DNA of 64,000 nucleotides, from the IMG/VR virus record IMGVR_UViG_3300042505_001288, one strand, 5' to 3'. The translations under genes and the position numbers were made by a program. Positions within the stretch are counted from its first letter, which is position 1, and each line of letters starts with the position of its first letter. Source of the stretch: an uncultured virus (IMG/VR IMGVR_UViG_3300042505_001288) (Duplodnaviria > Heunggongvirae > Uroviricota > Caudoviricetes). Of this stretch, positions 40,221 to 49,234 are shown in pieces. The notes beneath the pieces were generated by a model. It had not been told where the DNA came from, made no database searches, and worked only from the letters and a program-made list of their open reading frames with translations.

Positions 40221-42431
40221 ATGGCTGATCAAGAAATAGTCAATAGTTTTAAGGAAGCATTGAACTCTGTATTTGGTGGAAACTCTTCTACCATGGGTGG
40301 GAATAAAAATCCCGCTTCTTCAACGTTAGATGTTAGCAAAATAACTCAATCATTAATGAACTTGAGTCAATCAATTGTGCCTGTTATTACTGGATTTAAT
40401 AATCTTAGTAATTCAACTACTGCATTTTCTGACACGATGAAAGCTGCTGCGAGTAAATTACCGATTGGTGGTGGTGCAGTAAAGACAATAATAGAAGGTC
40501 GTGAACTGTCAAATGAAGCGGGTAAACAAGGATTGGCAAATAATAGCTTTACCGCCCTTAATCAACAAGCCGCCCAAGCTGGTATGACTATTGACCAGTA
40601 CACAAAAACAATGAGAGATGCTGAAGGCCGATTGCAGGGATTTGGTAGAAATGCCAGTGTAGCTGGTGAAAATTTTTCCGATACTGTCAAACGATCAATA
40701 GAAGGTCCTCTTGGACAACAAATGATTGTTGCTGGAATCAATACGAATGAAATAGCTAAAAGTACTGCTGTAATGGGTATGGCAACAAAAGCTAATATGA
40801 GTGATGCCAAGGAACGTCAAAAATTGGCTGATGCTAGTGCGGCGTTTGCAATACAAATTGATGAAACTGCGAGACTTACCGGTAAAAGTAGAGAATCTAT
40901 TACAAATGAAATTGATACTAGATTAAAATCTGTTGACAGTCAATTGGACCTACAGTTGATGACAGAAGAACAACGTGCCCAATATGCAAAAACACAAGCA
41001 CAGTTAGCTGATGTTGGTCCTACAATTCAAAATGCAGCTGCAAATATTGCAAGTGGCCAACAATTCACTGACGATACTATTAGAACATTGACAGCATTAG
41101 GACCAGCTGGTGATGAATTTCAACGAGCAATTGCGGCACAACAAAATGCAACAACTGCTGCCGAAAAGCAAGCCGCTGATGCCGCCATGGAAAAAGCAAA
41201 AGCTGATATTTTAGCTTACACTAATTCCCGTGAATTTGCATTAACTGCTAAAAATGGAACTGGTGAGTTACAAGATCAGATGAAGAAGCTTAAAGGCGAT
41301 ACTATTGCAATTGAAGGTCAGCGTAGAGCAGCAACACAAGAAGCAGAATTTACAGGTAAAGATCCAACAAAAGCAATAGAAGCAGCAAAAGCAGAGGTAA
41401 TTCAAAATCAACAATTGAAAGATGCCCAAGGTAGACAACTTGAGGGTGCAGTTGTCATGGGAGAACTTAATAAATCTGCTGAAGGCATGAGAAAAACCGC
41501 AGTCGGTGCAGCTGGTGCGTTAGATACCTTGAATAAAGAATTAGGAAAAACTCCAGAAAGATTAAAACCTGTGTCAGATATTTTAAAATCACTTGGTGAT
41601 TTTAATAAAACTAGTGATCAAAATAGAAAAAATTTCGAAGATCTTAAAAGTATTATAAAACCAACGACAGAAGCAAAACCAACTCCTACTGTAGTACCTA
41701 CTGAATCCAATAGTGGTGGTATAAAACCAAGTGACATAGTTCCAGGAACCCCATTGGAAAAAAGACATACTGGATCATTTGGTAAGAAAGGTACTGATAT
41801 AGAAGATTTTGGTGAAAACACCCCAATGCTTCTTGGCGGTAAAGAAACAGTTATGACCGAAGGAAGATATAATGAAATGGTGATGAAACCAAATGAAGTT
41901 TTATCACAACTGCCAAAAATGTTTTCTTCAATGACTGAAAGTGTGGGAAATATAGATTTTTCTAAACAGCTTGAATCATTAAAAGGACAATTAAGCACGG
42001 AACCTAGTAAAGAAAATGATTTACCAAGTCAATTCGAATCATTAAAAAGTGAACTAGTATCACAGCTTTCACCTAAAGACAATACTTCCATTGCTGATCA
42101 ATTCGAATCATTAAAAGGTGAACTAGTATCACAAACTTCAAAATTTACAGAATTCAATCCACCAGATACGTTCAATATTGCTCCGCAGATTACATCATTA
42201 ATTGAAAAAATAAAACCTGTTGAACAAAAACCAGAACCAGTAATTGAAAAACCACCGGTTAAAGAACAACCCGCTACTGAAATTCAATCAGTAACCATAA
42301 AAGACCTTCATGATGTGATGTCTGATGTAAATAAGAATATAATGCGTATGGTTAACCATACACAATCAATCAGTGATTCGAGTGATAAAGCTGCAAGATA
42401 TGCAGGTGAATCAACTGGTTCTAGAATATAA
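40221..42431 (+). CDS. Tape-measure/baseplate-hub-like helical protein
   Basis: Long Ala/Gln/Lys-rich helical sequence; GSFGKKG..IEDFGENTPMLLGGKETVMT motif; adjacent to gp26 and the portal. ATG 40221 is preferred over the track start, which lies upstream of the promoter. Confidence 0.6.
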   Translation: MADQEIVNSFKEALNSVFGGNSSTMGGNKNPASSTLDVSKITQSLMNLSQSIVPVITGFNNLSNSTTAFSDTMKAAASKLPIGGGAVKTIIEGRELSNEAGKQGLANNSFTALNQQAAQAGMTIDQYTKTMRDAEGRLQGFGRNASVAGENFSDTVKRSIEGPLGQQMIVAGINTNEIAKSTAVMGMATKANMSDAKERQKLADASAAFAIQIDETARLTGKSRESITNEIDTRLKSVDSQLDLQLMTEEQRAQYAKTQAQLADVGPTIQNAAANIASGQQFTDDTIRTLTALGPAGDEFQRAIAAQQNATTAAEKQAADAAMEKAKADILAYTNSREFALTAKNGTGELQDQMKKLKGDTIAIEGQRRAATQEAEFTGKDPTKAIEAAKAEVIQNQQLKDAQGRQLEGAVVMGELNKSAEGMRKTAVGAAGALDTLNKELGKTPERLKPVSDILKSLGDFNKTSDQNRKNFEDLKSIIKPTTEAKPTPTVVPTESNSGGIKPSDIVPGTPLEKRHTGSFGKKGTDIEDFGENTPMLLGGKETVMTEGRYNEMVMKPNEVLSQLPKMFSSMTESVGNIDFSKQLESLKGQLSTEPSKENDLPSQFESLKSELVSQLSPKDNTSIADQFESLKGELVSQTSKFTEFNPPDTFNIAPQITSLIEKIKPVEQKPEPVIEKPPVKEQPATEIQSVTIKDLHDVMSDVNKNIMRMVNHTQSISDSSDKAARYAGESTGSRI

Positions 42432-42472
42432 GGAAATATAAATGAATAAAAATAATAAGAAGGGGTTCAGTC

Positions 42473-44209
42473 ATGACATGGCGTAAATATTTTACCCCAG
42501 TAACATCGGGAACCGAGTTAAGTCCAGTGTCTGGAAATACATCGAAAGCTGGCCCAGCTAGAACTAATTACTCCAGTTATTTACCTGATGTTTATTCTGG
42601 TAGCCCAAATAGAATTGAACGATATCAACAATATGAAGTAATGGATAGTGATCCAGAAGTAAATGCTGCTCTTGATATATTAGCTGAATTTTGTACTCAA
42701 AAATTAAAAGATGGAAAAAGTCCATTCACAGTTAAATGGCGCAGTAAAGCTACAAATTCTGAAGTAAAAATATTGGGTGAATATCTACAACAATGGAATA
42801 AATTACAACAATTTGATACTAAAATTTTTAGAATTGTTCGTAATGTTTACAAATATGGTGATGCCTTTTTTATTAGAGATCCTGAAACACAAAAATGGTC
42901 ATGGGTAGATCCAAGTAAATTAGTAAAAGTTATCGTAAATGAAAGTGATGGTAAAAAACCAGAACAATATATTGTTAAAGATTTAGCTCCTAATTTTGAA
43001 AATTTAGTAGTTACACAAATTACTCCAAATATTAACCCAAGACAAGCGGGTGGTGGAATGACTTCTGGTGCTGGATATATGGGTTCACAATCAGCACAAC
43101 GCGGGTCATCTGGTCCATATCCAAGTTCAAGTTCTGGCAGTAGATTTGGATTAGCTGAAACTGAATATGCTATCGATGCAGAACATGTCGTTCATTTATC
43201 CTTGTCAGAAGGATTGGATAACAATTATCCATTTGGTAATAGTTTATTGGAGAATGTTTATAAAGTTTATAAACAAAAAGAGTTACTAGAAGATGCTATT
43301 TTAATTTACCGTATTCAACGTGCTCCCGAACGTCGTGTATTTCATATTGATGTTGGTAATATGCCTTCGCATATGGCTATGGCATTTGTTGAAAGAGTTA
43401 AAAACGAAATCCATCAACGTAGAATTCCAAGTCAATCAGGTGGCGGACAAAATGTAATTGATTCAGCCTATAATCCATTATCAATCAATGAGGATTACTT
43501 CTTCCCTATGACAGCGGATGGACGTGGAAGCAAGGTTGATGTATTACCTGGTGGTACAAATCTTGGTGAAATTGATGATTTAAAATACTTTACTAATAAG
43601 TTATTTCGTGGATTGCGTATACCAAGTTCATACTTACCAACTGGTGCAGATGATAGTCAAGCGTCGTTCAACGATGGTCGTGTTGGGACTGCATACATTC
43701 AAGAATTAAGATTCAACAAATATTGTGAAAGATTGCAATGGTTAATTACAGAATCATTTGATTCTGAATTTAAAATGTATATGAATTCATGCGGCGTTAA
43801 TATTGATTCTAATTTATTTGAATTAAATTTTAACCCACCAATGAATTTTGCAAGTACACGTCAAAGTGCATTGGATAGTGAACGTATTAATACTTTTAAT
43901 ACTATTCAACAAATTCCATATATGAGCAATCGATTTGCATTAAAACGTTTCCTTGGATTAACCGATGATGAAATGGCGGATAATGAACGATTATGGGCAG
44001 AAGAAAATGGTAAAGGAATGCCCACTCATACTGATGCAGCTGGTGAAATGCGAAGTGCTGGATTATCTGCTGCTGGTATAGAAGGTGATCTAGGGATGGC
44101 CGGTGATTTATCTGCTCCTGATGGAATGGAAGGTGATATACCAGTTGACATGGCAGGAACGGGTGCACCTCCAGTCGCTAGCGCACCATCTACACCACCT
44201 GTGGCATAA
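42473..44209 (+). CDS. 20: Portal vertex protein (T4 gp20-like)
   Basis: YEVMDSDPEVNAALD, LLEDAILIYRIQRAPERRVFHIDVGNMP, EDYFFP, LPGGTNLGEIDDLKYF, ELRFNKYCERLQ. Confidence 0.95.
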   Translation: MTWRKYFTPVTSGTELSPVSGNTSKAGPARTNYSSYLPDVYSGSPNRIERYQQYEVMDSDPEVNAALDILAEFCTQKLKDGKSPFTVKWRSKATNSEVKILGEYLQQWNKLQQFDTKIFRIVRNVYKYGDAFFIRDPETQKWSWVDPSKLVKVIVNESDGKKPEQYIVKDLAPNFENLVVTQITPNINPRQAGGGMTSGAGYMGSQSAQRGSSGPYPSSSSGSRFGLAETEYAIDAEHVVHLSLSEGLDNNYPFGNSLLENVYKVYKQKELLEDAILIYRIQRAPERRVFHIDVGNMPSHMAMAFVERVKNEIHQRRIPSQSGGGQNVIDSAYNPLSINEDYFFPMTADGRGSKVDVLPGGTNLGEIDDLKYFTNKLFRGLRIPSSYLPTGADDSQASFNDGRVGTAYIQELRFNKYCERLQWLITESFDSEFKMYMNSCGVNIDSNLFELNFNPPMNFASTRQSALDSERINTFNTIQQIPYMSNRFALKRFLGLTDDEMADNERLWAEENGKGMPTHTDAAGEMRSAGLSAAGIEGDLGMAGDLSAPDGMEGDIPVDMAGTGAPPVASAPSTPPVA

Positions 44210-44216
44210 ATACAAT

Positions 44217-44459
44217 ATGATTTTAAGAGAACTATTTTATATTGATCCAGATACTAGACACGTAGCGAATGACTTACGTTATAGCCCAGAGCGTGATATT
44301 ACTACTATGCATCGTAATGACACTCGAAAAACTCGTTTGTCATTACGACAGCTTAATGAATTACGAAAAGGCAGTGAAGCACATTTATTAGAACAAGAAC
44401 GCGAGTTGGAATTTATACATGATATGTATGCTACACCACCTCCAGCTTCGCCTATGTAA
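44217..44459 (+). CDS. Small hypothetical head-module protein (80 aa)
   Basis: MILRELFYIDPD...DTRKTRLSLRQLNELRK; the ATG lies 4 nt after ATAAATA (44206-44212). Confidence 0.7.
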   Translation: MILRELFYIDPDTRHVANDLRYSPERDITTMHRNDTRKTRLSLRQLNELRKGSEAHLLEQERELEFIHDMYATPPPASPM

Positions 44460-44473
44460 ATATTTTAAAAAAA

Positions 44474-44481
44474 TATAAATA
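44474..44481 (+). promoter_or_regulatory. T4-type late promoter
   Basis: Exact TATAAATA upstream of the core/protease operon; second variant GTAAATA at 44530. Confidence 0.65.
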
Positions 44482-44570
44482 AAAAACTGGCGTTTTTTAT
44501 GCATTTGAGCACTATTTTTGATAAGTAGTGTAAATATATTACAGCCTTGAAAATATCACAGGAGATTAAA

Positions 44571-45488
44571 ATGACTGATAGAGCACAATTTGAAGCTATG
44601 CTTGAAGCGTTGATCAATGAAGATCAAGAAACAGCAAAAGAAATTTTCCACAACATCGTTGTTGGAAAATCACGTGAAATTTACGAAGAATTATTAGAAT
44701 CTGATTTCCCAGGTGAGGAAGAAGAAGAAATGGATGTTGATTCTGAAGAAGATGATTCAGAAGATGATTCAGAAGATGATGCAGAAGCACCAGAATTTGG
44801 TGATGAAGAAGATGATGCAGAAGCACCAGAATTTGGTGATGAAGAAGAAGGCGAAGGTGAACTAGAAGATCGAGTTTTAGACCTTGAAGATGCATTAGAA
44901 GAATTGAAAGCAGAATTCGACCAATTATTATCTGGTGAAGAAAACGAGCCAGAACATGCTGATATGTTTGGTGATGAAGGTGATGAAGGTGATGAATTCG
45001 GCGGTGATGAATTCGGCGCAGAACCAGAAGATGAATTCGGTGCAGATTTAGGTGATGATGATGCAGAAGTTAAAGAAGTTCACATTACACATGAATTTGT
45101 AAGAGAAAATGATGCAGAATTCGAACGATTTATGGAATATGTAAATAAAGTTGCATTACCAAAACATGGTGATAATGGTATTCAAAACAAATCAGTTGTG
45201 GATAACATGAAAAATGATATGGGTGGAACAACTGCTAATATCGCACAAAACTTTTCTACAACATCAGGTGGTACAAAAGGTGGATTAGCTAAACCATCTA
45301 CACAACCACAAACTGGTGGGAACATCAACGTTCCTGGTGGAAACGCAGGTAAAACAGCGTTCAAAACAAAACAACCAGGTGGATTTGGTGACAATAAAGG
45401 TAATAAAGTAGTTGGTGCAGGTACAGGTAGTCCAAATTCTGTATCAGGTGTTAACAACAAAAGTTTAACCAAAAGATTAGGAAAATAA
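44571..45488 (+). CDS. Highly acidic prohead core protein (gp67/68-like position)
   Basis: AGGAG SD before ATG 44571; Asp/Glu-rich tandem repeats followed by a Gly/Lys-rich tail; lies between portal and protease. Confidence 0.65.
   Translation: MTDRAQFEAMLEALINEDQETAKEIFHNIVVGKSREIYEELLESDFPGEEEEEMDVDSEEDDSEDDSEDDAEAPEFGDEEDDAEAPEFGDEEEGEGELEDRVLDLEDALEELKAEFDQLLSGEENEPEHADMFGDEGDEGDEFGGDEFGAEPEDEFGADLGDDDAEVKEVHITHEFVRENDAEFERFMEYVNKVALPKHGDNGIQNKSVVDNMKNDMGGTTANIAQNFSTTSGGTKGGLAKPSTQPQTGGNINVPGGNAGKTAFKTKQPGGFGDNKGNKVVGAGTGSPNSVSGVNNKSLTKRLGK
44748..44843 (+). repeat. In-frame tandem repeats (12 bp x2, then 36 bp x2)
   Basis: GAAGATGATTCA x2, then GAAGATGATGCAGAAGCACCAGAATTTGGTGATGAA at 44772 and 44808. 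Confidence 0.9.
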
Positions 45489-45491
45489 TAT

Positions 45492-46118
45492 ATGTTATAT
45501 CTCCGAGAAAACCTCAGTTTCAACGAAGCACAGATGATCGTTGAATCTGATGATAGAGAAGGTAAAACATTGCATATGTCAGGTATCTGCATTCAAGGCG
45601 GTATCCGTAATGCAAATCAACGTGTTTACCCTGTGAGCGAGATTAGCAAGGCTGTTAAGACCCTTAACGATCAGATTCAAAACGGTTATTCAGTACTCGG
45701 AGAAGTGGATCATCCAGATGATCTAAAAATAAATTTGGACCGTGTGTCACATATGATAACTAATATGTGGATGGATGGTCCAAATGGTTATGGCAAGCTT
45801 AAAATCTTGCCAACCCCTATGGGACAACTAATTAAAACAATGTTGGAAAGCGGCGTTAAATTAGGTGTCTCCTCTAGAGGTTCTGGAAACGTCAGTAGTG
45901 ACGGGTCCAATTCAGTATCAGATTTTGAGATTATCACAGTAGATATGGTAGCCCAGCCGTCCGCTCCAGGTGCTTACCCAACACCAATTTATGAACACCT
46001 AATGAATACAAGAGGTGGTTATAATGCCTTCCGCGTAGCGCAAGAGGTGAAAGGTGATCCACAGGCGCAAAAATATCTCAAAGAATCTTTAGTTAATATT
46101 ATTAATGGATTGAAATAA
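45492..46118 (+). CDS. 21: Prohead core protease (T4 gp21-like)
   Basis: NANQRVYP, LGEVDHP, RVSHMI, LGVSSRGSG, DMVAQPSAPGAY. Confidence 0.95.
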   Translation: MLYLRENLSFNEAQMIVESDDREGKTLHMSGICIQGGIRNANQRVYPVSEISKAVKTLNDQIQNGYSVLGEVDHPDDLKINLDRVSHMITNMWMDGPNGYGKLKILPTPMGQLIKTMLESGVKLGVSSRGSGNVSSDGSNSVSDFEIITVDMVAQPSAPGAYPTPIYEHLMNTRGGYNAFRVAQEVKGDPQAQKYLKESLVNIINGLK

Positions 46119-46783
46119 TGACGATTGCTTATCTGTATAAATGGACAAATAAATTATCTGGAAAATGGTACATAGGATCTAGGACTAGAAAAGATTGTCA
46201 TCCAAATGATGGTTATATTTGTTCCAGTAAACTTGTTAGACCAATGATAATTGAAGATCGGTCTAAATGGAAAAGAACCATTTTGGTTATCGGTAATCCA
46301 CAATATATTAGAGAATTGGAAAGTAAATTATTAACTAGTTTAAATGCTGCGGACAATGACATGAGTTTTAATCAACACAATGGTGCTGGAAAATTCTCTA
46401 CTACCGGAATAGCCCCATGTAATAAAGGCAAAACTGGATTACAAGTAGCATGGAATAAAGGACTACCAAAAGAAAAACAACCGTTTTTTGGAAAATCAAT
46501 TAGTCATGAAGTTCGTGAAAAATTAAGTATTAGAAAACAGGGTGAAAATAACCCAATGTACGGTAAACCAGCATGGAACAAGGGTTTAACTGGTATAACC
46601 CATTCTGACGAATCGAATAAAAAACGCAGTGAATCGTTGAAAGGGAAATCTCGTTCACCAGAAACGATAGCAAAAATAAAAAGAACAAAAGCAGCTAACA
46701 AAGCTGCGAAACTAAATACAGCAGTAGAAATACCAACGTATAACAAAACCGAGAGCCTGTATTATACAGGAAATCTCCAATAA
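46118..46783 (+). CDS. Free-standing GIY-YIG homing endonuclease with NUMOD3-type repeats
   Basis: AYLYKWTNKLSGKWYIGSR..DGYICSS; repeated WNKG, GENNPMYGK and HSDESNKKRSESLKGK; TAATG coupling to the protease. Confidence 0.85.
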   Translation: MTIAYLYKWTNKLSGKWYIGSRTRKDCHPNDGYICSSKLVRPMIIEDRSKWKRTILVIGNPQYIRELESKLLTSLNAADNDMSFNQHNGAGKFSTTGIAPCNKGKTGLQVAWNKGLPKEKQPFFGKSISHEVREKLSIRKQGENNPMYGKPAWNKGLTGITHSDESNKKRSESLKGKSRSPETIAKIKRTKAANKAAKLNTAVEIPTYNKTESLYYTGNLQ

Positions 46784-46795
46784 TAGGAGAAACAC

Positions 46796-47884
46796 ATGTT
46801 AGATGCATTAAACAAATTATTTGAAAACAATGTGATTTCTGGTGAGATTAAAGAGTCAATTGAACAAGCTTGGGATCGTAAAATTTTAGAAAACCGTGAA
46901 CAAGTTAGTCAACAACTAAGAGAAGAATTCGCTCAAAAATACGAACACGACAAAAGCACTATGGTTGAAGCAGTAGATCGTATGATCTCTGACCAACTTC
47001 GTAGTGAAATTGGCGAGTTTGCAGATGATCGTAAGCAATTAGCAGAAATGAAAGTTAAATATGCTAAAAAAATCACTGAAAGTGCTAATGTTATGAAAAC
47101 TTTCGTAACACGTCAATTAGCATCTGAAGTTAAAGAATTGCACGAAGATCAAATGCAAATGGCAAGTAAATTTGGTGTATTGGAAAACTTCATTGTTGAG
47201 GCTCTAGCTCAAGAAATTACAGAGTTCTACAAAGATAAACAAGATTTGGCCGAAACTAAAGTTAAATTACTTCGTGAAGGCCGTAAAGAAATCAAAAAAG
47301 TAAAAGAACAATTCGTGCAACGTGCTGCAGTAATGGTCGAAAGTGTTGTAAATAAAGGACTACGTTCTGAAATTACATCATTAAAAGAAGACATTGAAGC
47401 TGCTCGTCGTCAAGAGTTCGGTCGTAAATTATTCGAGGCTTTTGCTGCTGAATATCAGACCAGTTACTTAAATGAGAATTCGGAAACTGCTAAATTACTC
47501 AAAGTCATAGACATGAAAGATCAAGCAATGCAAGAAGCAGCTAAAGCTGTTTTATCTGCAGAGAAGATTTTAGAAAGTAAACAAGCAGAAATTCGTATGT
47601 TGAAGGAATCTCAACAAAGAAAAGAAATCATGGGTGAATTGTTAGCTCCACTAAATAAAGAGCAACGTTCAATTATGGGCGAATTAATGGAGAGCGTAAA
47701 AACCTCAAAATTAAATGAAAGTTTCGAAAAGTATCTACCAGCCGTTGTAGCTGGCAAAGCTCCACAAAAGAGACAGGCACTAGTAGAGGCTAAAGAAATA
47801 ACTGGAAATAAAAATTCCACAACCACTCGTAGCAGCGAAGCGGAATCAAATATCATTGATATTCGCCGTTTAGCTGGGCTTTAA
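46796..47884 (+). CDS. 22: Prohead scaffolding protein (T4 gp22-like)
   Basis: Coiled-coil, Glu/Lys-rich; FGRKLFEAFAAEY; terminal IRRLAGL; directly before the capsid gene. Confidence 0.85.
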   Translation: MLDALNKLFENNVISGEIKESIEQAWDRKILENREQVSQQLREEFAQKYEHDKSTMVEAVDRMISDQLRSEIGEFADDRKQLAEMKVKYAKKITESANVMKTFVTRQLASEVKELHEDQMQMASKFGVLENFIVEALAQEITEFYKDKQDLAETKVKLLREGRKEIKKVKEQFVQRAAVMVESVVNKGLRSEITSLKEDIEAARRQEFGRKLFEAFAAEYQTSYLNENSETAKLLKVIDMKDQAMQEAAKAVLSAEKILESKQAEIRMLKESQQRKEIMGELLAPLNKEQRSIMGELMESVKTSKLNESFEKYLPAVVAGKAPQKRQALVEAKEITGNKNSTTTRSSEAESNIIDIRRLAGL

Positions 47885-47901
47885 ATTTAAGGAGAAATTA
47901 A

Positions 47902-49071
47902 ATGTCAGAATTACTTAATGGCCGTTGGGCAGAAACTAAAGAAGCCCTATTAGAAGGTCTACAGGGCACAAAAAAATCAGTAATGGGTGTTACTTTAGAA
48001 AACACTCGTAAATATTTGGTGGAATCACCAACCGCTGGTGCGACATCAGCAGGTAACGTTGCAACGTTAAACCGTGTAATCTTACCAGTTATCCGTCGTG
48101 TTATGCCAACTGTTATTGCTAATGAATTAGTAGGTGTACAACCATTGACCGGTCCTGTTGGACAAATCCACACTTTACGTGTACGTTATTCAGATACATC
48201 ATCAGCAGCTGGTGTTGTAGCTGGTGAAGAAGCGTTAAGCCCATTCAAAATTGCAGAAGCATATTCTGGAAACACCTCAACTGGTAAAGCAGCTTCTACA
48301 GCTACTTTAGAAGGTCAAGCTGGTAACAGAATGAGCATCCAAATCTTGAAACAAACTGTTGAAGCGAAAACTCGTAAATTGAGTGCTCGTTGGACATTTG
48401 AAGCGGCTCAAGACGCTCAAGCTCAACAAGGTATCGACGTTGAAGCGGAAATTATGGCTGCTTTAGCACAAGAAATTACAGCTGAAATCGATCAAGAAAT
48501 CTTAGCTTCATTAAGTTCATTAGCTGGTACAGCTACTCAAACTTATGACCAAGCACAAGTTTCTGGTACAGCTACATTCGTAGGTGATGAACACGCTGCA
48601 TTGGCTATCCAAATCAACCGTGTTTCTAACTTAATCGCTCAACGTACTCGTCGTGGTGCTGGTAATTGGGCTGTTGTATCTCCATTTGCATTAACAATCT
48701 TGCAATCAGCTACAACTTCAGCATTTGCTCGTACAACTGAAGGTACTTTTGAAGCTCCAACTAATACAAAATTTGTTGGTACTTTAAACAATGCATTGAA
48801 AGTTTATGTAAACAGCTATGCAAATGACAGCACCCCAATCTTAGTTGGTTATAAAGGTGGTTCAGAATCAGACGCTGCTGCGTTCTATTGCCCATATATT
48901 CCATTAATGAGCTCAGGTGTTGTTCTTGATCCATCAACATTCGAACCTACCGTTTCTTTCATGACTCGTTATGGCTATGTAGAATTAAGCAACACGGCAT
49001 CTAGTTTGGGGAATGCTGCAGATTACTTAGGTAAAGTAGCAATTACTGATGGCAATGTTAAATTTAGCTAA
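47902..49071 (+). CDS. 23: Major capsid protein (T4 gp23-like)
   Basis: PVIRRVMPTVIANELVGVQPLTGPVGQI, VEAKTRKLSARWTFEAAQD, EITAEIDQEI, FYCPYIPL, FMTRYG. Confidence 0.97.
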   Translation: MSELLNGRWAETKEALLEGLQGTKKSVMGVTLENTRKYLVESPTAGATSAGNVATLNRVILPVIRRVMPTVIANELVGVQPLTGPVGQIHTLRVRYSDTSSAAGVVAGEEALSPFKIAEAYSGNTSTGKAASTATLEGQAGNRMSIQILKQTVEAKTRKLSARWTFEAAQDAQAQQGIDVEAEIMAALAQEITAEIDQEILASLSSLAGTATQTYDQAQVSGTATFVGDEHAALAIQINRVSNLIAQRTRRGAGNWAVVSPFALTILQSATTSAFARTTEGTFEAPTNTKFVGTLNNALKVYVNSYANDSTPILVGYKGGSESDAAAFYCPYIPLMSSGVVLDPSTFEPTVSFMTRYGYVELSNTASSLGNAADYLGKVAITDGNVKFS

Positions 49072-49094
49072 TTTATACTTAGGTATAACAACAC

Positions 49095-49122
49095 AAAAGG
49101 GCTCTTCGGGGCCCTTTTTTTA
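49095..49122 (+). terminator. Intrinsic terminator after the capsid gene
   Basis: AAAAGGGCTC-TTCG-GGGCCCTTTT plus T-run. Confidence 0.92.
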
Positions 49123-49139
49123 TATCTTGGTGAATAAGG

Positions 49140-49146
49140 ATAAATA
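49140..49146 (+). promoter_or_regulatory. Late-promoter motif
   Basis: ATAAATA just after the terminator, ahead of a structured leader. Confidence 0.65.
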
Positions 49147-49234
49147 CTTACAGTCATAATAACATCTGACTAATAGTTGGATTTATGCTGAAATCCCTCA
49201 GCGTATGACCTAGAACGTCAAGGAGACAAACAAA

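Noticed and set aside
44103..44216. N-terminal extension of the 44103..44459 ORF
   Set aside because: It overlaps the portal C-terminus and lies upstream of the late promoter; ATG 44217 is more plausible.
31373..49071. Inteins or introns in gp46, portal, protease or capsid genes
   Set aside because: Lengths are normal and motifs contiguous; no intein terminal motifs seen; the endonucleases are free-standing.
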